Below, in pieces: positions 38,451 through 51,490 of a stretch of 64,000 bases of DNA. Position numbers and translations under genes: made by a program. Below the pieces are notes generated by a model, which saw only the letters and a list, made by a program, of their open reading frames with translations, was not told the DNA's origin and did no database searches. Source of the DNA: Amphiscolops sp. MND2022 (taxonomy: Eukaryota); NCBI GenBank assembly GCA_964187785.1, contig OZ076409.1:19718001-19782000 (forward strand). The letters are read 5' to 3'. The stretch's first letter is position 1. Every line of letters begins with the position of its first letter.

Positions 38451-40747
38451 ACCAGAAATTTCGTCACAAGAAATTTCGTCGTCGGAAATTTCATCATCGG
38501 AATTTTCGTCGTCGGAAATTTCGTCGTCGGTGATTACATTCTATAAAACGTCGCATTATCTTTAATCTATTTGGAATCGTCTTATTACTGAGTCTCAATA
38601 ATTATCGATAATTGTGCAATAATTACTATCATTGACTACTTTTTATTATGGTTTTGAGAGAAACAATTTCGGACCTTATAACTCCCAATATACAACTTGT
38701 TTCTAATCCCCCCAGCACGAAGTTGTTTCGACACTTGAAGCAAAAATTTTTACCAAAGGATTTTTTGATAGTTTTATGACAAAAAAGCAAAAATTCCCTC
38801 TGGAGCAAGCTTGAATTGTATTGTAAAGCCCCGGTAAGTAGTTCCACCGGGTTCTAGTGTTCCAAGCAGAAAACGTTGCATGCAGAAATTTGAATTATAT
38901 GTGCATCAACCAGAATAATTGTCATGTTCTTTTATCTTCCAGTGAAATTTATATTTCCCCAGTGAAAATTGACATAATCCCTCTAAGTATTTTTATCCAT
39001 ATAAAATTCGGACAATGTTTTTTTAACACCCCCCCCCCCGGGATACGAAACTTTCCTAACCCGCCCGCCACACACACACACACCTAATTAAATGACTTTT
39101 ACACTATTTTTTTTAAAAAATGGTGGTGGTTACGGGGGGAGGTTTGAACATAAAGGACAGGGTTACCGAAAATATTATTGGAATAATATTTCCTTCGAAA
39201 ATAAATTATTTCAATATTTTTTCTCTAAAAATAAATAATTTATGAGAATCGGTTTCAAAAATAAATTATTCCAATAGATGAAATAACAAAATATGTTTTC
39301 GTGTTGGGGGGGATCCCAACAAGGTGTACCTTGGGGAAATCGATGACATGGTCCAAATGTCGTTTCGAGTTGGGGAGGGGGGGGGAGAGAGAGATTTCCA
39401 ACAAGGTGTACTTGGGTGGAGGGGATAGATGACATGGTCCATTTTTAAGTCGGCGCTTCATGAAGTGAAACGCGACTATTATAGTGACTCTTTTTTTTTT
39501 CTATCCACACGAACTGACCAAAATAGTTCTACAAAAGTTCTACAAAATATTATTGCACCAAAATGCACTATTTGATCTAGCGAACTGAACCAAAATGGTT
39601 TTACCTGTTTTTCCGCGTAACATACCAAACCGGGCGAGACCAAAGAGTCCCCCCTTTCAATTTTTTTCGGCACTGCGAGACATTTTTTTCGGAATTTTTT
39701 TTTCGAAATTTTTTTCCCCAAAGGGTCCCCCCTGCATTTTTTTGATGTTTTGCGACAGAATGGATGTTGAAAAACCTCAAAGGGTCCCCCCTTTCAGTTT
39801 TTTTCGGCATTGTGAGATTTTTTTCCCGAAAATGAAAAAAAATTTTTTCTTCAATTTTTTCATGTTTTGCGACATAATGGATGTTGAAAAACCTCAAAGG
39901 GCCCCCCTTTCAGTTTTTCGGCATTGTGAGACGTTAGCGCGCCAGGGGCTCGCGGTAGCGAGCCCCGGCGCGCCACTCGGTCCATTTTTTTAGTATGTAA
40001 TTTTTTCAAAAAAAAAATTTTCGAAAAATTTTCGATTTTCGAGTACTGTAAAAGAATACTTGACACTTGGAAGTCTTTTTGCTATTTTTGAGCCTTGGAT
40101 ATGGCGCCGACTTGGGCCGGTCCCGGCTTGTTCAAAGGAACAATTCAAAAATTGTTTCCAACTGGCCTGACTAGAAATCTTCCAAAACAGGAAGTTAACT
40201 TCCATTGGAATAGTTTTTCGTTTTTCAATTTTTTCAACTTTTTTTACTGTGGTTATGTTCGAACTAACTGTTTTTGTGGTGAGGGGTTTGAAAGTTGACA
40301 GTAAATCACGCAATTAATCAGCACAACTTTTCTGAAATTAGAGTCTAATTTTGAATTCCAACCAATCAGAGATGATTCTGGTTAGTGCACACTACTATTT
40401 AATATCTGCATGCACCGCTTTCTGTTTAGTGAACGGACACCGTTCCACCGGTAGGATTGAAATTATACCATTGCTTAAAAAACCGTCTCAATGAGTTGAT
40501 TGAATGCAATTAACTTTTTGACTAAATTTTGGTGTCAAAATGAAACTTTGAGATCTCATTTTTATAATTAAGTAACTGTTTAATTCAAATGATATCTTTT
40601 GGTGAACGCTGTTTTTCCAATAAATACGACGAAATTTCTGCCGACGAATTTTCTGACGACGAAATTTCTGGATTTGCTAATACGACGAAATTTCTTACGA
40701 CGAAATTTCTGACGACGAAATTTCTGGCGACGAAATTTCCCCTCCCC
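38451..40747. repeat. Inverted arrays of a ~15-bp GAAATTTCGTCGTC unit bracketing ~2.3 kb (foldback-like element)
   Basis: (GAAATTTCGTCGTCG)n at 38455-38530 and the reverse complement (CGACGAAATTTCTG)n at 40627-40740, ending CCCCTCCCC. Confidence 0.6.
39442..40132 (+). mobile_element. HINE family A, complete young copy
   Basis: 5' AGTCGGCGCTTCATGAAGTGAAACGCGACT; 3' GCGCCGACT, GGGCCGGTCCC, GGCTTGTT; near-identical to 40902-41556. Confidence 0.9.
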
Positions 40748-40901
40748 TTCAAATTGGTTGAATTAGGGTTCCACCAGATATATCACCAATTATCAGGATA
40801 TCAAGTCAAAGAATATTAGGTTCTTTCTTTTTCACCACCAAATTTTTAAGTTTAGTGAAAATATTAGGACGAAAAGACTAGAAACCAAACCAGAAGCCTT
40901 C

Positions 40902-41556
40902 TTTTTAGTCGGCGCTTCATGAAGTGAAACGCGACTATTATAGTGACTCTTTTTTTTTCTATCCACACGAACTGACCAAAATAGTTCTACAAAAGTTCTA
41001 CAAAATATTATTGCATCAAAATGCACTATTTGGTCTAGCGAACTGAACCAAAAAGGTTTTTCCTGTTTTTCCGCGTAACATACCATACCGGGCGAGACCA
41101 AAGACCCTTTCATTTTTTTCGGCACTGCGAGACATTTTTTTTCGGAATTTTTTTCTTCGGAATTTTTTTTCCTCAAAGGGTCCCCCCTGCATTTTTTTGA
41201 TGTTTTGCGACAGAATGGATGTTGAAAAATCCCAAAGGGTCCCCCCTTTCAGTTTTTTTTCGGCATTGTGAGATTTTTTCCCGAAAATGAAAATTTTTGT
41301 TTTCTTCAATTTTTTCATGTTTTGCGACAGAATGGATGTTGAAAAACCTCAAAGGGCCCCCCTTTCAGTTTTTCGGCATTGTGAGACGTTAGCGCGCCAC
41401 TCGGTCCATTTTTTTAGTATGTAATTTTTTCAAAAAAAAAATTTTCGAAAAATTTTCGATTTTCGAGTACTGTAAAAGAATACTTGACACTTGGAAGTCT
41501 TTTTGCTATTTTTGAGCCTTGGATATGGCGCCGACTTGGGCCGGTCCCGGCTTGTT
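40902..41556 (+). mobile_element. HINE family A, complete young copy
   Basis: Same termini and body as 39442-40132. Confidence 0.9.
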
Positions 41557-43087
41557 CATACTTAATTTCAAGGTATCAGTTTATGACCCAGATATGAAAT
41601 TTGTTCTTATGAAGTCACCCATTCTTGACAAGTTTCTTTTTTTTTCGGTCACGAAAAACGGCTAATTTGAACATCTCCACTGTCAAAATGCGTGGAAATG
41701 TTGTGCTCCAACAAAAAACAATTCCAATAGAAGTTAACTTCCTGTAATGGAAAAAGATTTGACTTTTATTCCAGCCAGTTTGAACAACTTTTTAGAAATT
41801 CATTTTTAAAATTTTGATGGGGAACAGAAAAGAGCCGAATGACTTCTCTATATGTTGTGGGTAATATTGAGTTTTTTCTATGAACTTCAGCTAGGTCTTT
41901 CCCATTCATGATTGCAGGGTAGTAATTTGCTACACAGTTAACGGATATCATCTATTAAATAGGGTTATAAGGCGCATTCTCGAATTAAAATTAGGCTCTT
42001 TTTGAGTCCGTGATGGATGTTTTATTGTATTTGAGACTTGATTGTGGGAGAGAATAACCGGGAGAAAATAACATGGGAGAAAATAGCTGTTCCTTACGGT
42101 GACAATTTCCAAGGAATTCACTTTGAAACTGAAATTGTTTTAATCACGAAAAAAGCAACGTCATTTGAAAGGACGTTTTTGTTAGCTTTTGTCATCTAAA
42201 AAGGTTTGCTTTTTTGTTTTTCAAAAGCAATGATTGTCAAAATTTGGGAAAATTGAAATGAATAATAAAAATATTAAATAAATATTTAATTAGTTTTAGA
42301 AAACCTCTATAATTCATTTATATACCTGAGCCTAATGTATTCTGTACTTCAGAAAGATTTTTTTTAATTAGGAAGTTTTCTCAATTGTCTGACATTTTCA
42401 AACTCCGTAGTTTATTGGCTACACTCGAAACGTACGGAGATGTCATCACTAAAATAGCTCAGACGGAGAATTTCTCTAACGGACTTCTTATTTCACATTT
42501 GAAGGACCAAGCGACTATGCCAGGATTGTTCAGGTCTCAAAATTATAAAACAGCAAAACTTCAAAAAAGCTATTTGTTTTGGAAATCAAAGCATATCAGT
42601 CCCTTCAGTTAATTCGTGAACGTCGGTTGTTTCAAAAAGTGCCGTGTTTTTCATCCCTCCGCCAGCAACGAGGGACATTAAGAAGTGAGAAACTATTACT
42701 ATTGTTTCGTCATTATACTTGAAGCTTGAATTTTGGTGTTATAAATTACATTTTCTTCTCATAGGCATGGTTTCACACGGATTAGCTGTTCAAATTCTTC
42801 CTTTTCTTCCACGGTGAGAAACAACTGTACGTTCAACATGTGGTGATCATGGAGATCGCAGACTTTTTTCAATATCCATCGAATTGCCCTGATTTAGTAC
42901 AAACTTTAGTTTTCTTCTGGCACTGTCAGAAAATGTTTACAGGAAACCTTCGGCAAAGTACGTCAACTGGTTTTATTCTATGATTGATTTTCAAGTATTG
43001 AATTTAGTTTCGTACTACGCGAATCAGTAACCAGACGCGCAGTGGAATTGCGTTTATTTTCCTATATTCTTCGAAGACGCCTTTAGA

Positions 43088-43662
43088 AACAAGACGGGAA
43101 CGTCTAAAGTCGGCGCTATATCTAAGCCTCAAAAGTTTTTAAAATTGTAAAAGGGGGATCCTGTAGACTTTTTCAAATCCAGTTTGTAGCAAAATATCAA
43201 AAAGGTTGAGGGGGACCTTTTGGAGACATTAAAAAATTTATAAAAAATTTTGAAAAAAATTTTCGAAAAAAATGAAAAATGAGATTTTTGGAACAGTCTC
43301 ATAGTGCCGAAAAACTAGAAAAGGGAGACCCTTTGGGCTTTTTGAAACTTCAGTTTGCTGCAAAATATCAAAAAAACTTGAAGGGGGACCCTTTGGCGAC
43401 AAAAATTCGAAAAAATGGCACATTGGTGAAAAAATTCAAAGGGGGGGGGACCCTGTAGTCCCATCCGGTTTTGTATCTTACATTAAAAATTGAGTACACG
43501 AAAAGGGGGACCCTTTGCACTAACTTAGATGCGAATCCGCCTGCCGGTCCAGTACTTTAGTAGTTCTGTAAAAAGTGTCCACTACGCATTCTGTGGTCTG
43601 ACGAAAAAAAAACTTGCCACTGTAATAGTCGGACTCATTTGATAAAATGCGCCGACTAAAAA
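43088..43662 (-). mobile_element. HINE family A variant
   Basis: AACAAGACGGGAACGTCTAAAGTCGGCGC at the left end; GCGCCGACTAAAAA at the right end. Confidence 0.85.
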
Positions 43663-43873
43663 CAGACACCTTAAGGCCTGAATTGAATATCAAGAGATGA
43701 AACGGGACATTTTAGACTGAAAAGGTCCTTACTCATCTGAAAACTACTTCATGCACTTTTACATATAGAAAACCACAAGGAGAAAACACAAAAAAACTTA
43801 ACTTGCCTTTGTCCTCGTAAAATCCAAAATATGTCGGGAAAATTTTCAAAAGCGAATTTTCGTTGTTTTATAA

Positions 43874-44047
43874 GAGTGTGAGGTTCGACTCTAATAAGGG
43901 TGGACACGTTTGAAATTTACATATTTAATGTTAATATTACCGTTTTCTGTTTTTATAAGTTAGGTTTATAACAGAAAACGGTAATATTAACGTTAAATAT
44001 GTAAATTTCAAACGTGTCCACCCTTATTAGAGTCGAATCTCATACTC
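43874..44047. repeat. 174-bp hairpin (78-bp arms, ~3 mismatches), MITE-like
   Basis: GAGTGTGAGGTTCGACTCTAATAAGGGTGGACACG... mirrored by ...CGTGTCCACCCTTATTAGAGTCGAATCTCATACTC. Confidence 0.9.
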
Positions 44048-44209
44048 ATTCTGGCAGTATGTAAAGCAGTTCGCGGTCAATTTCGGAAAAAAAAAAGATA
44101 GAACGTCATCAATTCGGCTAGAGCACACTTTTCATCAGAGGGGGCATTTATCAGAATGCGGATTTACTACTTTTCAATTCGAAAAGATATCGTAATTTAA
44201 CAATGCATA

Positions 44210-47200
44210 TGTTGAGGAAAATAACTTAGTCAAATTTTTTGAGCTACAAAACTTATACTTTATTCTATAAAAGCTCAAAATCGAGAAGAAACAAACTAAC
44301 CTGATATGTTAGCAAACTTCAAGTTGTTCGAGCAATGAATAAAATGATGGTGCTAGCTGACTCGAATTATTTGTTAATGTTTAACCTTTCAAGTTCAACC
44401 TGTCGAAAGTATCGTAAATATCAAACATCTGACTCCCATCTATGACCTCAAAATTGGATTATGAAGCGATTCTGAAGTTCATTATTATTGCATTTTTTCA
44501 TGATGGTGTGATGGAAAATTCCTTCCAGAATGTTCGATTGTAAAAATCAAGGAAATTCACATCCGCATTCTTCCAAAGTCCCCAACCTTTAACAAATGTC
44601 ATGTTTACCTTTTGGAGTATAAATACCCGGTGCTTTCCACAATTTTTCACAGCGCTCATCTACTGAAATAGCCTTCCAAACTAATCTTCAAATTAACTCT
44701 TTTTTCTAATTTTCTTTCTAAGCGAAAGTCTTCACTGCTCAGCCACGTCCTAGCCTAATAGGTTATGGGCCCAGTGAAAGGCAATTAGGTTGTCCAATCA
44801 ATCTAGGGGGAATAGATCCCACATCCCATATCAAAAGGCTTAGCAGGATCTCAGCCGTTGAGTAGCTAACCCGGTTCCGGTTTAGACAGGTTGTGACTGG
44901 GAGGTTAGCATTGCACTACTCAACGATAGAAAAAATAAACTATCGGCTGAGCTTAGTACGTTCGAAAAAACTTGAAATGGAAAGCAATAGCAATAATCTC
45001 AAATGGCTCTGCTTCTCGGGCCTAACGGAGGACTACCCAATCTGGAGCACCAGATTTCTAGCCTTTTCTCAAACGAAAGGCCTCTTCGACACGCTCACTG
45101 GCAATGAGCGACCCCCAACTCCACCAACGCGGCTTGGTAAAGACCCAACGGACGAAGCCCGCGCTGCTCACGACGCAGCTGAAGCAGCACATCGACGTGC
45201 TCTCGACGACATCGAGAAACGCAAGAACACACTCTGGTGCTACCTTGCGATGGTTCTCGATTCTACAAGTCTGATGTTGATCCGGCATGACTGCGTTGAT
45301 CACAAAGCCTCGGTGATGGTCACAAGGCATGGGGGCTTCTGCAAGAGAGGTTCAGAAGCAATGAAACAGTCACTGTTGTGAGTGTGATGAGGCAACTGGC
45401 TCGCTTAGCACTAAGAGAAGACGAGGCACTCCACAACTACTTGATCAGAGCCCAAGAGCTCTCAACTCGCCTGGAGCAAGCAGGGGAACGTCTTTCAGAG
45501 CCACTGCTCAATGCGATGGTGCTCAATGGTTTATCTGAGCGCTACGAGCACTTCGTTGTCCAAGAGAGTTTCAATCCAGCTGGCAGCTTCGTGGAGCTGA
45601 GGACACGTCTAACCAATTACGAGGAAAGCCGTCAACACAGGGAGAAACTAGACGACGATGATTCACATGTGGCAATGGCAAGCAAGAGACACAGGCGAAA
45701 ACCCAAGTCCTCGGGTAAATATAGCGCTGCGCCTAAGTTGAGCACAGGACAGACATGCTACTGCTGTTGCATTAAAGGACACGTAAAAGCAGATTGTTTC
45801 CATAAGGAAAAGGCCAAATGTAATTATTGCAAAATGAAAGGCCATTTTGAAAAGGCATGTATGAAAAAAGCTGAAAGTTCCAAGGGAGGCAAGCACGGTA
45901 GCTTAGCATCAAGTCTCATGTCAGGAGGATCAAGTGAGGCAACAGCAAAAGATCTAGTTGTAGATTCAGGAAGTACGGACCATGTAATAGTGAACAAAAA
46001 CTGGTTCAAAAACCTCAAAGAAATAGAAACGACAGTTACCAATCCCGATGGAGGTAACACGAACGTCCTAGGAATAGGAGAAGTTGAGGTCTTAGCCAAA
46101 GATGTAAAGGGGAAAACTAAGTCTTTAGTTTTAAGAAAAGCTTTATTTGTGCCAGGATACCAAACTAGCCTAATCTCGGTATCGCGTATTGTAGACATAG
46201 GACACACAGTTGTTCACGATGCAAAAAATAATTTCCTTTGCCTCAAAAGCAAAGAGAAATTCCCATTTAAAAGAAAAGGAAATCTTTTCTTTCTACGCAT
46301 GACCCCAAAGCAAGGAAACCACTTTGCGAATTTGAGTGGGGGGTCAAACGAGGCACAACTTTGGCACAAACGTTTCGGACACGTGAATTATAGAGACCAA
46401 AAAAACTCGGTTTCGAAAAACTTCTCGGAGATGGACGAAAAATGCGAAACTTGTTGCTTAGCCAAAATAACCAAAATTGCCGTCCCGAAACGATCTGAAA
46501 ATAAAGCTACGAAAGCTCGCGAAAGAGTTTTCAGCGATGTTGTTGGACCAATCACTCCATCGAGTAAAGATGGATTTAGATACTTCGTAACGTTCGTCGA
46601 TGAATACAGTTCGCATGCTTGTGTGAAGTTCATGCGTCACAAAAACCAAGTTTTGCAAAAATTCAAGGAGTACATTGCTGAATGCGGGACTCCCCGTATA
46701 CTCCGGTCAGACAATGGCACCGAGTATACGAACAAAAACTTCAAAAATTTTTGTACTATTAACAAAATGAAGACTGAATACACCGTTCCTGAAACTCCGG
46801 AACAGAATGGTGTTGCAGAGCGATACAATCGAACAGTTGTAGAGACCGCTCGAAGTCTTTTAATTGAGTCAAAACTCCCAAAATGCTATTGGCTCAGAGC
46901 TGTCGACACTGCAGCCTATGTGAGAAACCTAGTTAAAAAGGCCCAAAACGAGAAAACGCCTTATGAGAAATTTTGGGGTAAAAAACCCAGAATAGATCAT
47001 CTGAAGGTTTTCGGTTGTCTAGCATACGTTAAAAACCGAAAACGTGAAAAATCAAAGTTCGATGCCAAAGCACGGAAACATGTGTTTCTCGGCTACGACG
47101 GCAACAGCACGGCTTACCTGTTGCAAGATATTGAAACTAGGAAGTTGACACGAGCCCGCAACGTCGTGTTCAACGAAAAAAGATCGTTGGGTTCACCAAC

Positions 47201-49902
47201 GAAGCAAGAGAAGACGAAAATGATGATCTTCTTTCCGATGTAACATTTGATGAAAGTGAGAATAACGAGCCTGAAAGTATACCAAAAATAGAAGTGAAGG
47301 TCGAGAGGCCTGAAGTTGAAGTGAAAGTTGAAAACGTCACTGATGAAGAAAATTCATCACGTAGCGAATCTGAAAGTAACGTTGACACTACTAATACGAT
47401 AATTCCTAACTCAGAAGTGCAGGTTCAGGAACTAACGCCCAGTAGGACAGATCAAAATTTCCAGGCAAGGCCTTCAAGAATTCCTGTCCTACAGGAACGC
47501 TTTCAGACATCAAGTGATGTTCAGTGAACACCTCAGGTCGTGAGACCAAAAACTAAAGTACCCAGTAGAATGGAACTAACAGGACAGTACCTGAAAATTG
47601 CAATCCCGTCAAGTGAAAAAGTTTTACATGAGAGATGGGATAAGTACTAAGAGATGAAAGATGCCAGGAAAGAAGCTAAGGAACTCAAGCGAGAGGATCG
47701 GTCACGAAATCCTCCTCAAAGATATGGTCAGAGCTACAGCCACAATTCAACGTTCTTTCCCAAAGAACCTGAAACTTACGAAGAGGTTGTAAAGTCCATA
47801 GATAGCAAAAAATGGCAAGACGCCATGAAAAAAGAGCTCGAGTGTCTTCATGAAACAAAAACTTGGAACCTAGTCCAGCGGCCAAGTCAGAAAAATGTAA
47901 TTCCCGGAAAATGGGTTTACAAAGTGAAAACAAAAGCTGATGGCAGCATAGAAAAATATAGAGCGCGATACGTTGCTAAAGGTTTCAATCAAATTGAAGG
48001 CATAGACTATGCAGAAACGTTTGCTCCAACCAGCAAATCAGAAATCTTTCGACTCATTCTTTCGTTAGCAGCGAAAAAACATATTACGCTAAGGCAAATG
48101 GATGTCAAGTCAGCCTAGTTACATCCACAAATCAAAGAAGAGATACACCTCGAGCAACCGACAGGCTTTGAGGAAACAGACAGCTCGGGAAACAAGCTTG
48201 TCTGTAAATTGAACAAATCAATTTACGGATTGAAACGGGCGGCTAAAAATTGGTATGAGGAGTTAGCGAACTTCCTTATACAGCAAAATTTCAGTCGTAG
48301 CAAAAATGATTACTGTCTTTTCATTAAAAACAAAACAAAAGACAGTTGTACGTTCTAAGTTGGGTGGACGATCTAGTATTAGCAGGTAGCAACGATGAGG
48401 ACATTGAGGAGTTAAAGAAAACTCTTGAAGGAAAATTTAAAATGGACGATCGAGGAAAACTCGAATGGTACCTAGGCATGCAAATAAGTCAGGAAAGAAA
48501 CAAAATAACTCTTGACCAGGAAACATGCATTGAAAGCGTCATAGAGAAATTTAGTATGCAAGACAGCAATCCTTCGAAAACGCCAGCGGAAAACAATTTG
48601 AGATTAGTTAAGGCAAGTGAGAGTGAAGCATTGGTTGATGAGAGACTATACAGAAGATTGGTAGGCTCCCTACTATACATAGCTAAGCAAACTAGGCCAG
48701 ATATAGTATGGATCGTCAATGTGCTCTCTCGATTCATGGACAAACCAACTAACACTCACTGGCTGGCTGGCAAACGTGTCCTCCGCTATCTTCAAGCCAC
48801 GAAGTCACTCAAACTGGTCTACTCACGAGTAAGTGACTTCAATCTACATGGAGAAAGTGATGCAGACTGGAGTGGCGATCATGATGACAGACGTTCGACC
48901 ACTGGCTACTTCTTCAAACTTGGATTAAGTGGGAGAGCAGTAAGCTGGCAAACTAAGAAGCAGCAGACTGTGGCACTCTCATCATGTGAAGCAGAATATC
49001 AAGGTCTGGCTGGTGCAGTGCAAAAAGCAATCTTCTTGCGATCACTTTTGTGTGAAATGGGCTACGAACAGACACAGCCGACCATCATTGGGGAAGATAA
49101 TCAAAGTTGCATCAAGCTGGCAACTAACCCTGTGATGCACAAGCGATCAAAACATATTGACACGAAATTCCACTCCATACGGGAGAAAGTTGATGACAAT
49201 TCAATTCAACTAGTCTATACGCCAACTGATCAACTGGCAGCAGATCTGTTGACGAAGGTACTTCCACAAGTGAAAGTGGAGCAACATCGAAAGCAATTTT
49301 TGGGTTAAATGCAGATTCTTCCTACGACATCCGGAACAATCTGAGTGGGGGTGTTGAGGAAAATAACTTAGTCAAATTTCTTGAGCTACAAAACTTATAC
49401 TTTATTCTATAATAGCTCAAAATCGAGAAGAAACAAACTAACGTGATATGTTAGCAAACTTCAAGTTGTTCGAGCAATGAATTAAATGATGGTGCTAGCT
49501 GACTCGAATTATTTGTTAATGTTTAACCTTTCAAGTTCAACCTGTCGAAAGTATCGTAAATATCAAACATCTGACTCCCATCTATGACCTCAAAATGGGA
49601 TTATGAAGTGATTCTGATGTTCATGATTATTGCATTTTTTCATGATGATGTGATGGAAAATTCCTTACAGAATGTTCGATTGTAAAAATCAAGGAAATTC
49701 ACATCCGCATTCTTCCAAAGTCCCCAACCTTTAACAAATGTCATGTTTACCTTTTGGAGTATAAATACCCGGTGCTTTCCACAATTTTTCACAGCGCTCA
49801 TCAACTGAAATAGCCTTCCAAACTAATCTTCAAATTAACTACTTTTTCTAATTGTCTTTCTAAACGAAAGTCTTCACTGCTCAGCCACGTCCTAGCCTAA
49901 TA
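44210..49902 (+). mobile_element. Full-length Ty1/Copia LTR retrotransposon with decayed coding region
   Basis: 551-bp LTRs at 44210-44760 and 49352-49902; 5-bp TSD GCATA; PBS GGTTATGGGCCCAG at 44761; PPT GAGTGGGGG at 49343-49351; gag-PR-IN-RT-RH order. Confidence 0.97.
44977..49308 (+). pseudogene. Copia gag-pol polyprotein with frameshifts and stops
   Basis: Two zinc knuckles, VDSGSTDH protease, LWHKRFGH GAG-pre-integrase, RSDNGTEY..QNGVAER integrase, WVDD RT, SDADW..EDNQ RNase H; breaks near 45310, 47180, 47525, 47650, 48118, 48340. Confidence 0.92.
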
Positions 49903-49956
49903 GCATAGATTCAAACTACTTCCAAAGGAGGACTACTTAGTGAAATATAATTTCGC

Positions 49957-50260
49957 AATGAATGAATGAATGAATGAATAATTTATTAATTTGTTGCCCG
50001 AGGGCGTACAAATTACGAACACTAAAGAAAATGATAACTAGCAAGAAAGAATACAACGCCGGAAAAATCCAAAACCGTGACTCTTTCAATCTGAAAAATA
50101 CTTTTTTTAAACGATAAACTTTGAAAAAGCGAATATGAAATTTCATATTTGTGAACGGGCTTAAGCCCTTGGTGAACGGATTTTTCCCAATAAAAGTCGC
50201 ACAGAGGAATAATAAAATTCCCATAGAGGAAACCCCTCAGACAAGAAAAGCGTATTTTAA
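49957..50260 (-). mobile_element. Probable 3' end of a CR1/L2-type LINE or SINE with an (ATTC)n tail
   Basis: The minus strand reads AATAAATT followed by (ATTC)5; the upstream limit is approximate. Confidence 0.4.
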
Positions 50261-50996
50261 AAAGAAACACCAAATAATCAAAAATAAACTGACTGGTGTC
50301 TAAAAATTTTTCGTTAATAGTCGCACAGTGCTGAAAATTCTAAATATGATATCTTTATGTTTTATTCACATTTTTCTTTGGTTTAAAATGTTACAGATTA
50401 TTTTCAGATAGCAAGCTTTTTCAAAAATGACAACAAAATAAAATGATTACTATAATAATTAAACCAAAAAAGGAAAGATTGAAGCGAGCGACTCTTCAAT
50501 GAATTTGAAATTTTCGAAATTTTTGTCACACACTGTCGACATTTCACCCTTTTGTCTTGCTTTCACTTTTGCATGCTTACAAGCTCTTAAAAATGTTTGG
50601 TGTAATGGGGGACTCGAACCCAGTTACACCCTGAGAAACTCATTCATCTTGTTGCGAATCTTGCTTTTACCTCTCGGCGAAGCGGGAAGTACTTTATTGC
50701 CTAAGCTTTAGGCAGAAAAATGTAGAAGAAACTGAGACCAGGTTGATGAACCAGGATGCCTCATTAAACTGAAATCATAGTTCGATCATACTAGCGTATC
50801 GTGAGGAGGATAACTCCAGACTGGACTATATTTTGTTCAGTCGATGGTAAGCCCGGCTCCTACAATGGTGAGTTGGCTCAACGTAGTCAATTGAGACAGA
50901 CGATTATATACCAAAAGGATATGATGATGATATGGCAAACAATTTGCGTTTTTTCAATAAATTTACATTTGACATCAAAACTAGTGAAAAAAAATC

Positions 50997-51490
50997 GTAG
51001 AAAACGCAGACTATAGCAGTGGCTTTTTTTTCAAGACCAACGAAGTGACAGATTATATAAGTTGTCTTGTCTAACACTAACTGCCACACGACTTCTACTG
51101 GCACTTGGCATAGAGGTTAATTAGGCTTTTTTGAGGTCTGCCAAGCAGAAGGACGTGGTTCGAGTCCCGCCCTCGACCAAATTTTTTTGTGCAGGTTATT
51201 TCGGCTTTGTGAGACTTTTTTCGCAAATTTTTTTAGGGTCTCCAAAGGGCCCCCCTTCATTTTTTTCTATTTTGCAAAAGAATGGTGTTCAAAAACTCCC
51301 AAAGGGCTCCCGTTTACATTTTTCGGCACTGTGCGTCTTACCGGGGACCAAAAAAATAAAAAAAAATCGGATTTTTTTAAAAAATTTTCCTCATGCGGGT
51401 ACTGTAGAAGAGAATATTTCACTCTTTGAAGTCCTTTCGCTATTTTTGAGCCTTAGATATGGCGCCGACGTGGACCGTTCCCGGCTTGTT
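50997..51490 (+). mobile_element. HINE family A subtype with a tRNA-like cassette (5' end eroded)
   Basis: GGTTCGAGTCCC B-box at 51157; 3' end GGCGCCGACGTGGACCGTTCCCGGCTTGTT; homologous to 59474-60001. Confidence 0.8.

Noticed and set aside
38455..38530. CRISPR-like array (also the ~175-bp arrays)
   Set aside because: No unique spacers, no cas genes, eukaryotic context
41766..42960. Short minus-strand ORFs suggestive of a decayed gene
   Set aside because: No recognisable homology or consistent splice pattern
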